Shown: in pieces, positions 9,159-16,464 of the stretch
Position numbering within the stretch: position 1 is the stretch's first letter
Layout: each line of letters begins with the position of its first letter
NCBI GenBank assembly: GCA_044463985.1
Contig: JBIQLU010000004.1
Location: 1-48,115, forward strand
From: Gemmatimonas aurantiaca
GTDB lineage: Bacteria; Gemmatimonadota; Gemmatimonadetes; Gemmatimonadales; Gemmatimonadaceae
Direction: 5' to 3'
DNA length: 48,115 bases
Position numbers and translations under genes: made by a program
Notes under the pieces: model-generated
The model's input: only the letters and a program-made list of their open reading frames with translations
The model's database searches: none
Told to the model about the DNA's origin: nothing

Positions 9159-10295
9159 ATGCCTCCGGAGCCCCATTCCCCGGGCGATGAGCCCGACGCG
9201 GAACGTCCGCCAGTCGAGATCGGCATCTATTCCTTCGCCGAGCGAACGGCGGACCCGCACACGGGGCGGTCGCCGAGCGCGGAAGATCGGCTGAGCGATC
9301 TGATCGAGGAGATCGTGCTCGCCGACGAGGTCGGGCTGGATGTCTTCGGCATCGGCGAGCATCACCGGGCCGACTACACGGTGTCATCGCCCGCCGTCGT
9401 CCTGGCCGCCGCCGCGACTCGCACGAAGCGAATCCGGCTCACGAGCGCGGTCTCCGTGCTCAGCTCGGATGACCCGGTGCGCGTCTTCCAGGACTTCGCC
9501 ACGCTCGACCTGTTGTCGCATGGGCGTGCGGAGATCATGGCCGGAAGGGGATCGTTCATCGAGAGCTTCCCCCTCTTCGGCTACGACCTCGACGACTACG
9601 ACACGCTGTTCTCCGAAAAGCTCGAGCTACTCCTCGCACTGCGCGAGCACGAGCGCGTCTCGTGGAAGGGCACGCACCGGGCGCCGCTGAGCGGGCAGGG
9701 CGTGTACCCGCGGCCGTTGCAGGATCCTCTTCCGGTGTGGATCGCGGTGGGCGGCACTCCGCAATCGGTGGTGCGCGCCGGTTCGCTCGGGTTGCCGCTG
9801 GCGCTCGGCATCATCGGCGGCGCTCCGTCGCGCTTCGTTCCGTTCGCGGATCTGTACAGAGACAGCGCGCGGAGGGCAGGGCACGACCCCGCCAGGCTGC
9901 GACTCAGCATCAACTCGCACGGATTCGTCGCCGATACTTCGGAGGCGGCCGTCGAAGCTGCGCTTCCTCCGTACATGGACGTGATGGGCCGACTGGGGCG
10001 CGAGCGTGGCTGGCCGCCTCCCACCAGGCAGCGCTTCGACACCGAGCGCTCTCTGCACGGCGCGATGCTCGTGGGCAGCCCGCAGGAGGTCATCGACAAG
10101 ATGCTCTACGAACACGAGCTCTTCGACTACGATCGATTCCTCATGCAGATGACTGTAGGCACGATGCCGCATGCGAGCGTCATGCGCTCGATCGAGTTGT
10201 ACGGCACGGTAGTCGCACCGGCGGTGCGGAAGGCGCTCGGTGCGTCCGAAGCGACGAAGTTCTCCACGGCTGGTGGAGAACGCAGCGACCCCTGA
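9159..10295 (+). CDS. LLM class (luciferase-like) flavin-dependent oxidoreductase
   Basis: ORF 9135..10295. Family motifs present: [62 protein letters not shown]. The start (ATG 9159 versus GTG 9135) is uncertain. Confidence 0.85.
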   Translation: MPPEPHSPGDEPDAERPPVEIGIYSFAERTADPHTGRSPSAEDRLSDLIEEIVLADEVGLDVFGIGEHHRADYTVSSPAVVLAAAATRTKRIRLTSAVSVLSSDDPVRVFQDFATLDLLSHGRAEIMAGRGSFIESFPLFGYDLDDYDTLFSEKLELLLALREHERVSWKGTHRAPLSGQGVYPRPLQDPLPVWIAVGGTPQSVVRAGSLGLPLALGIIGGAPSRFVPFADLYRDSARRAGHDPARLRLSINSHGFVADTSEAAVEAALPPYMDVMGRLGRERGWPPPTRQRFDTERSLHGAMLVGSPQEVIDKMLYEHELFDYDRFLMQMTVGTMPHASVMRSIELYGTVVAPAVRKALGASEATKFSTAGGERSDP

Positions 10296-10324
10296 TCCCC
10301 GGCCGGAACCGGGAGGAGTGTTAC

Positions 10325-10618
10325 ATGGCGAGCAACTGCACGCACCTCGATCAGGTCCGCGACGTGGCGCCGCGGACTCCGGAAGGCTGCGAGGAGTGCC
10401 TGAAGATGGGGTCGCGGTGGGTGCACCTGCGCCTCTGCCTGGAGTGCGGCCACGTGGGTTGCTGCGACAGCTCACCGAATCGGCATGCCACGAAGCACTT
10501 CCACGCGACTCGCCATCCGGTGATCCGGAGCTTCGAGCCGGGAGAGGACTGGGGCTGGTGCTACGTGGACGAAGTCGTCATCGAGCCGGCGCCGACACCA
10601 CTCGCGACTGGCGGGTGA
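10325..10618 (+). CDS. UBP-type zinc finger domain-containing protein
   Basis: This is the 3' part of ORF 9662..10618. ATG 10325 is preceded by GGGAGGAG. The Cys/His pattern is CTHL..CEEC..HLRLCLECGHVGCCDSSPNRHATKHFHATRHP. Confidence 0.85.
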   Translation: MASNCTHLDQVRDVAPRTPEGCEECLKMGSRWVHLRLCLECGHVGCCDSSPNRHATKHFHATRHPVIRSFEPGEDWGWCYVDEVVIEPAPTPLATGG

Positions 10619-10655
10619 CTCCGCGCGCACCGCTGGCCGGGGCGCCGACGCTCCG

Positions 10656-10952
10656 TCAGCGCCTGTCCACCAGCGCAACCACGATACGATTCGTCACGCC
10701 GCGCACTCCCGGCGTGTAGCGCACGACGCACTCGGCCGCCGACCGATCCACGGAGTGCGCGGCCGCTCCGGTCAGCGTGAGCCAACCGTGGTCCACGGCG
10801 AGCTCGACGTGCAATACCTCGAGGAGATTCTCGCGCTCCAGCGCGCCGAGCGCGCGTGCGGCGATCGACTCGTCGCTCTGAGCGGCGCTCCTGTACTTCG
10901 CAGACGTCATGGCTGCGCGCGCCGACTCGGCGGCGCTCTCTCTCATCGACAT
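10656..10952 (-). CDS. BON domain-containing protein
   Basis: This is the 3' part of ORF 10656..11183. ATG 10952 is preceded by GAGGAGG. The C-terminal segment VELAVDHGWLTLTGAAAHSVDRSAAECVVRYTPGVRGVTNRIVV is BON-like. Confidence 0.7.
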   Translation of the reverse strand: MSMRESAAESARAAMTSAKYRSAAQSDESIAARALGALERENLLEVLHVELAVDHGWLTLTGAAAHSVDRSAAECVVRYTPGVRGVTNRIVVALVDRR

Positions 10953-11182
10953 ATGGACCTCCTCATCACGCGCGAGGGCCGGCGGGGCGATCGCTTCGCT
11001 GGCGTCCGCGCCCATCTGCATATGTAATGCAGCGGCGCCAGGTTCCCAATCGGGGAATGGCTGATACGCCGTAGGGGATTGTCGCTCAGTCGCGATGGGC
11101 CGCGTGCGGTACGTTGGCTGCAGCGGTGTACGTACCCGGCGGCGCGTTTGCGCGGTCGGCGAACCACGGACCGGAGGCGGCA

Positions 11183-11953
11183 ATGGACAGGATGAAGGGG
11201 AAAGCGGCGCTGGTCACGGGCGCGGCGAAGGGGCTCGGCGAAGCGACGGCCGCGATGCTCGCGCGCGAGGGGGCGCGCGTGATGCTGACGGATGTCGACG
11301 AGAGCGGTGTGAAGGCGGCGGCGGAGAGAATCGTCAAGAGTGGCGGCGACGCCTCCTTCCTCGCGCACGACGTCTCGAGCGAGGATGACTGGCGGCGCGT
11401 GATGGCCGAGACGATGCGTCGGTTCGGACAGCTCGACGCTCTCGTCAACAACGCCGGTGTAGCGCTCGGGGAGAGCGTGGAGCGGACGACGCTCGAGCAG
11501 TGGCGGTGGCTGCTCAGCATCAACCTCGACGGCGTATTCCTCGGCACCCGCTTCGCCATCGAAGCCATGAAGCCGGCGCGGCGCGGCTCGATCATCAACC
11601 TGTCGTCCATCGAGGGTTTGGTCGGCGATCCGAACCTGGCGGCGTACAACGCCAGCAAGGGAGGTGTGCGCCTCTTCACGAAGTCCGCGGCGCTCCACTG
11701 CGCGCGGTCGGGCTACAACATCCGCGTGAACTCGGTGCATCCGGGCTACATCCTCACGCCGATGGTGGAGGGCTACGCCGAAGCGAGCGGCGATGCGTCG
11801 GCGGCGAAGAGCGCGCTCGCGGCGCTGCACCCGCTCGGCCACATCGGTGAGCCGAACGACATCGCGTACGGCATTCTCTACCTCGCGTCCGACGAGTCGA
11901 AGTTCGTGACGGGTGCGGAGCTGGTGATAGACGGAGGCTACACGGCGCAATAG
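11183..11953 (+). CDS. SDR family NAD(P)-dependent oxidoreductase
   Basis: ATG 11183 follows GGAGG. Classical SDR motifs are present: TGAAKGLG, NNAG, and the S...YNASK catalytic motif. Confidence 0.9.
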   Translation: MDRMKGKAALVTGAAKGLGEATAAMLAREGARVMLTDVDESGVKAAAERIVKSGGDASFLAHDVSSEDDWRRVMAETMRRFGQLDALVNNAGVALGESVERTTLEQWRWLLSINLDGVFLGTRFAIEAMKPARRGSIINLSSIEGLVGDPNLAAYNASKGGVRLFTKSAALHCARSGYNIRVNSVHPGYILTPMVEGYAEASGDASAAKSALAALHPLGHIGEPNDIAYGILYLASDESKFVTGAELVIDGGYTAQ

Positions 11954-12087
11954 TCGCGAACGGCGTGAAGGGCAATGCAGCCAAAGACACTGATAATGTA
12001 CATTGGCAGACTGGTCTTAACTTCTATCGTGTTAATGTCTTAGTGATTTTCAATCATCCTGCATCCCGCCAGGTGATTTGCCGCCCC

Positions 12088-12118
12088 TTGACTCTCTACC
12101 ATGGTGTAATCCTTACCT
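12088..12118 (+). promoter_or_regulatory. Candidate MerR-type promoter/operator: TTGACT, a 19-bp spacer containing an imperfect dyad, then TTACCT
   Basis: TTGACT at 12088-12093. The spacer CTCTACCATGGTGTAATCC contains ACCATGGT at the core of an imperfect dyad. An overlapping extended -10-like element, TGgTGTAAT, lies at 12102-12110. The site is 33 nt upstream of the MerR ATG. Confidence 0.3.
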
Positions 12119-12150
12119 TGTACTTGAATCCATGATCGAGGGATCTGGCA

Positions 12151-12624
12151 ATGGCAATCGAGCTGGAAGAGGCACGGACGCTCACCATCGGTGAGCTCGC
12201 TGGTACCGTGGGAGTGAACGTGCAGACCGTCCGCTACTACGAACGGCGCGGACTCCTGCCCAAGCCGAAGCGTCGCGCATCGGGCTATCGTGAATACGTC
12301 GCCGGCGACGTGGCACGGCTGGAATTCATCCGGCGGGCACAGGCGCTCGGCTTCACGCTCTCGGAGATCGAGCAACTGCTGGCGCTGCGTGTAGATCCTC
12401 GTACCACGCCCGAGGATGTGCACCGCGCGGTGGAGGAAAAGATCGATGCGGTCGAGGCGAAGATCGAGGACCTCACCCGCATCAGCGGAGCACTGCGCGA
12501 GATGGCGGCCGCATGTCACGCGCACGGTCCGCTCGGCGACTGCCCATTTCTCGAAGCACTGGAGACGCAGGACGCGAACGTGCTCGGACGCGGCAAGGGA
12601 CGCAACGGGGCCCACCACGCCTAG
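12151..12624 (+). CDS. MerR family metal-responsive transcriptional regulator
   Basis: The N-terminal HTH is LTIGELAGTVGVNVQTVRYYERRGLLP. A coiled-coil follows. The C-terminal ACHAHGPLGDCPFLEAL (C122-X8-C131) closely resembles the Tn21-type MerR metal loop. Confidence 0.9.
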   Translation: MAIELEEARTLTIGELAGTVGVNVQTVRYYERRGLLPKPKRRASGYREYVAGDVARLEFIRRAQALGFTLSEIEQLLALRVDPRTTPEDVHRAVEEKIDAVEAKIEDLTRISGALREMAAACHAHGPLGDCPFLEALETQDANVLGRGKGRNGAHHA

Positions 12625-12731
12625 ACCGTCCGTGAGCGGGCTCGGAGTTTGCCGTCGTATACGACTCGACGCATGACGCCGGTGTCGCATCATACCGGCT
12701 ATGCCGGCCATCAACGGAGACGGTGCATCAC

Positions 12732-13154
12732 ATGAGTGCTTCACAGGATCGACTGCGGCCGCCGCCAGCGGAGCGATTCGCTGGCCCCGAGCACACGCTC
12801 GACTTCGCCGCGGCACGGGAGAAACTGCGAGCGGAGCCGCGCCTTCTGAAGAACGGACGAAACGAGGTGACGCTGTTCCACAGCGACACTCTTCGCCTGG
12901 TGTTCTTCACCTTCGAGCCGGGCGGCAGCCTCCCGCGGCACCAGGCGCCCGGGGTCGTGATGATCCAGCCTTTGCGCGGTGCCGTGCGCGTTACGACTCC
13001 CTCGGCGGAGCACTCGCTCAGCGCGGGTGAGGCGCTGGTTCTCCAGCCGGAAATCCCGCACGACGTCGAGTCGGAACAGGGCGCGGACATGCTGCTGAGC
13101 GTTGCCATGGCCGGACGACGTCCCGGCGCTGCGGAGCCCAATTACGAAGAATGA
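12732..13154 (+). CDS. Cupin domain-containing protein
   Basis: ORF 12723..13154. ATG 12732 lies downstream of GGAGA. The cupin-type strands are FEPGGSLPRHQAPGVVMIQPLRG and LVLQPEIPHDVES. Confidence 0.75.
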   Translation: MSASQDRLRPPPAERFAGPEHTLDFAAAREKLRAEPRLLKNGRNEVTLFHSDTLRLVFFTFEPGGSLPRHQAPGVVMIQPLRGAVRVTTPSAEHSLSAGEALVLQPEIPHDVESEQGADMLLSVAMAGRRPGAAEPNYEE

Positions 13155-13212
13155 CCGTCAAAGCCCGGCGGCGCTCGACGCGTCCGCCGGGACTGGGGGG
13201 GGAGGATCGTCC

Positions 13213-13581
13213 ATGGTGGTAAGCAAGCGTGTGTACGAACCGTACGAAGAAGCCGATGGCTACCGGGTGCTCATCGACCGGCTCTGGCCGCGTGGCGTGT
13301 CCAAGGCGAACGCGCACGTGGATGCGTGGCCGAAGGAGATCTCGCCTTCTACGGAGCTGCGAAGCTGGTACGGCCACGATCCGGATAAGTGGTCCGAATT
13401 CCAGAAGCGTTTCCGAGAGGAACTGAAGGCACCCGAGGCGAAGGCGGTGCTGGATGATCTGGTGAAGCGAGGGAAGCGCGGGCGGGTGACGCTCCTCTTC
13501 TCGTCGCACGCAGCCGATATCAGTAATGCCGCGGTTCTCGAGCCGCTGCTGAATCGGAGGATCCGGGCTGCGAAGGCGTGA
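13213..13581 (+). CDS. DUF488 (YeaO-like) domain-containing protein
   Basis: This is the 3' part of ORF 13102..13581. ATG 13213 follows GGAGGA. Family motifs present: GYRVLIDRLWPRGVSK, WPKEISPSTELRSWYGHDPDKWSEFQKRF. Confidence 0.8.
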   Translation: MVVSKRVYEPYEEADGYRVLIDRLWPRGVSKANAHVDAWPKEISPSTELRSWYGHDPDKWSEFQKRFREELKAPEAKAVLDDLVKRGKRGRVTLLFSSHAADISNAAVLEPLLNRRIRAAKA

Positions 13582-14320
13582 TCGCTCCGCCGAGCGCCGA
13601 GAGGATGCGGTCGGCGATGACGCCGTACTTCCCGCCGAAGTGGTGCCCATCCGGCATGGCCACGACAGTGGCCACGCTGTCGGGAAGTGACCTGCACGCC
13701 GCGTCCTTCTCCTTCTCGCCATAGAAACAGAGCGTGTGCGGCTCGTGCATCTCCATCAGCTCGGGGAGGGTGGGGAGATCGTCGTCTCTGTGGTGGTTGC
13801 TCACCAGATCGATCAGGTGAAACTTGAAGTTCGCGTTCGGCGCGATCCCCAGGAGTGCGATGAGCCGCACCTTCCCGCGAAGCTCGCTCGGGAGTCGATT
13901 CACGACGAATGGCAGCATGTCCGCGCCGCGCGAGTAGCCGATCAATACCACCTCGCGTCTCGCAAAGGTGCGGGCGTAGTAGCGCATCATCCGCGCGACA
14001 TCGTCGGTAACCTCCTCCGGCGAGCGCTTCGTGTGCAGGTACGCGCGCGAGTCCAGGCCGACGACGGGAATTCCGTGTTTGGCAAGCGAGTCGGCGATCT
14101 CCTTGTCGATCGACGCCCAGCCACCGTCTCCCGTGAGGATGATGGCGAACTGTGCTGCTCTGGCCGCTGTCGCCGCCTGCACCACAGTGAGTGGCAGTCG
14201 CGAGATGGAATCGACGGCCACCGACGCTCCTTCGGTGGCCACGTCCGGTGCGTGATCGGAGCGCGCCGCGCACGCGGCGGCGGCGAGCGCTGCTCCCATT
14301 GCGGCGATGCGCACTGCCAC
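13520..14320 (-). CDS. VirJ/AcvB-family (virulence factor family) alpha/beta hydrolase; probable lipoprotein
   Basis: ORF 13520..14473. VirJ-domain motifs present: ILTGDGGWASIDKEIA..GIPVVGLDSRAYL, VLIGYSRGADMLPFVVNRLP, CFYGEKEKDAAC, PDGHHFGG. Start candidates are GTG 14320, GTG 14314 or ATG 14299, each giving a (M)AVRIAAMGAALAAAAC lipobox. Confidence 0.75.
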   Translation of the reverse strand: MAVRIAAMGAALAAAACAARSDHAPDVATEGASVAVDSISRLPLTVVQAATAARAAQFAIILTGDGGWASIDKEIADSLAKHGIPVVGLDSRAYLHTKRSPEEVTDDVARMMRYYARTFARREVVLIGYSRGADMLPFVVNRLPSELRGKVRLIALLGIAPNANFKFHLIDLVSNHHRDDDLPTLPELMEMHEPHTLCFYGEKEKDAACRSLPDSVATVVAMPDGHHFGGKYGVIADRILSALGGAITPSQPGSSDSAAAREPRHY

Positions 14321-14421
14321 GGCCGCCCGCCGCGCCAGCTCCGACCGCCTCTCCACTCCCGTCGACTCGAGCACCCAGTCCGTCGCCTCCTCGACCACCG
14401 TCGCCGCGCCACGCTTCCGAG

Positions 14422-16464
14422 CTACGCTCCCGCGCTTCCGCTTGGCATTAGCCGTGCCGGGGCGCGGCGCCATCTCCGCTCCCGAGGCACCGTGGGTGGA
14501 TGCGGCCGTCCACCTAGAAGTCTGAGGCCGTTGAGGACCACGACCAGCGTGCTCCCCTCGTGGGCGACCACCGCCAGGGTGAGCGGAATGCCCACTCCCA
14601 GAGCGACCGCCACGAGGAGAAGCATCCAGCCCACACTGAAGAAGACGTTCTGCCGCACCACCCGTCTCGCCCGCTTGCCGAGGTGGATGACGTAGTCGAT
14701 CTTCTCGACGTCGTCGCTCATGAGTACCACGTCGGCAGTCTCGATGGCGACGTCGGTTCCCGCCGCTCCCATGGCCACACCAAGGGTAGCAGCCGCCATC
14801 GCCGGTGCGTCGTTCACGCCGTCGCCCACCATCGCTACGCCGCGCGACCGGCTGGCGAGTGCACGCACCGCATCGACCTTCTCGTGCGGCAGCAGGCCGG
14901 CGCGCACTTCGTCCGCGCCGAGCTCCGACGCTATCGCTCGCACGGCGAGTGGATGATCACCCGAGAGTATCGTGATCCAGCGAATCCCCTCGTACTTCAG
15001 GTGGCGTATGGTCGCCGCGGCGTTCGGCTTGAGCATGTCGCCGAAAGACATCGCGCCGAGTACGCGCTCCCCGTCGCCCACGTACACCACCGATCGGGCG
15101 CGGCCGAGCTGCTCCGCACTCCAGCCCACGAGGGCGGGGGAGACCTGCGCTCCCATCCGGGCGGCGAGCTTCTCGTTCCCCACCCACACGCGCCTTCCTT
15201 CGACTGTCCCCGCGACTCCCTCGCCAACCGTAGCAGCGAAGTCGTCGGCCCGCGGGATTTCCGCCTGCCTCGCCCGCGCTGCCTCCACTATCGCGCGTGC
15301 GGTGTGATGCTCGGCGCTCGCTTCCACCGCGGCGGCAAGCCGCAGTACATGGAGCTCGCGATCGGCGCGTGATACATCGCGCGACTCGTATGGCGCCGAC
15401 ATCTCTGCGTGCAGATCGACGCCGCTCTCCTCCGGAGCGATCGCCACCAGGCGCGGCCGACCGACGGTCAACGTACCGGTCTTGTCGAAGGCCACGGTGT
15501 CGATCGAGCCCGCGAGGTCGAGGTACGCGCCGCCCTTGAAGAGGATGCCGTGTCGAGCACCGTTGGCGATCGCCGAGAGGATGGCTGAGGGCGTCGAAAT
15601 GACGAGTGCACACGGACTCGCCACCACCAGAAGCGTCATCGCGCGGTAGAACGCGTCGCTCCACGCAGCGCCGAAGAGCCACGGCGGGATCACTGCGGCA
15701 ACCAGCGTGGCGAGTACCACGCCTATGGTGTACGGGTGCGCGAACCGGTCTATGAAGTGCTGAGCGGGCGCGCGCTCCTCCTGAGCCTCCTCCACCAGCC
15801 GGACGATGCGCGCCAGCATGGTCTCGTCAGCGCGCCGCGTCACGTCCACGACCAGCGAGCCGCCCTGCGCGATGGTGCCGGCGAACACTTCGTCACCTAC
15901 CGATTTCGTGACGGGCGCAGACTCCCCGGTGATCGCCGCCTGATCGACGTCGCTTCGCCCCGAACGCACCACTCCATCGGCGGCGATCCGTTCGCCTGGG
16001 CGAACGAGCACCGATTGGCCGGGCTCCAGATCATCGACGGGAACGTGTCCGATCTCGCGATCATCCGCGTCTACGAGAGTGGCCTCGCGCGGGCGCAGGT
16101 CCATGAGCATCGCGATGGCCCTGCGCGTCCGTCCCATCGCGTAGTGCTCGAGCGTGTTCGAAAGACTGAAGAGGAAGATGAGGACGGTACCCTCGAAGGG
16201 ACTCCCTACCACGGCGGCGCCGATCGCGGCCGCACCCATGAGGAAGTCGATCGAGAGGCCATGTTCGTCGCGCAACTGCCGCCAACTGTCGAGCGCGATG
16301 CGCCACCCGCCGGTCAGGTAGGCGATGCCGAGCGGGAGCCAGCGCCACGGAGAGGGTTCCGGGGTGGCCCATTGCAGAATGGCGCCTCCCGCCATTCCGA
16401 ACGCTACAACCAGAGTGACGCGAAGGTAGTAGCGCGCATCGTCGCCAGCGTCTCGTGCGCTCAA
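14422..16464 (-). CDS. Heavy-metal translocating P1B-type ATPase with a P1B-4-like signature and no HMA domain
   Basis: ORF 14422..16557. Motifs present: DKTGTLT, ASPCALVISTP (SPC), GDGVNDAP, HEGSTLVVVLNG. Start candidates are TTG 16464, which overlaps the czcA-type stop as TTGA, or TTG 16557. Confidence 0.9.
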   Translation of the reverse strand: MSARDAGDDARYYLRVTLVVAFGMAGGAILQWATPEPSPWRWLPLGIAYLTGGWRIALDSWRQLRDEHGLSIDFLMGAAAIGAAVVGSPFEGTVLIFLFSLSNTLEHYAMGRTRRAIAMLMDLRPREATLVDADDREIGHVPVDDLEPGQSVLVRPGERIAADGVVRSGRSDVDQAAITGESAPVTKSVGDEVFAGTIAQGGSLVVDVTRRADETMLARIVRLVEEAQEERAPAQHFIDRFAHPYTIGVVLATLVAAVIPPWLFGAAWSDAFYRAMTLLVVASPCALVISTPSAILSAIANGARHGILFKGGAYLDLAGSIDTVAFDKTGTLTVGRPRLVAIAPEESGVDLHAEMSAPYESRDVSRADRELHVLRLAAAVEASAEHHTARAIVEAARARQAEIPRADDFAATVGEGVAGTVEGRRVWVGNEKLAARMGAQVSPALVGWSAEQLGRARSVVYVGDGERVLGAMSFGDMLKPNAAATIRHLKYEGIRWITILSGDHPLAVRAIASELGADEVRAGLLPHEKVDAVRALASRSRGVAMVGDGVNDAPAMAAATLGVAMGAAGTDVAIETADVVLMSDDVEKIDYVIHLGKRARRVVRQNVFFSVGWMLLLVAVALGVGIPLTLAVVAHEGSTLVVVLNGLRLLGGRPHPPTVPRERRWRRAPARLMPSGSAGA

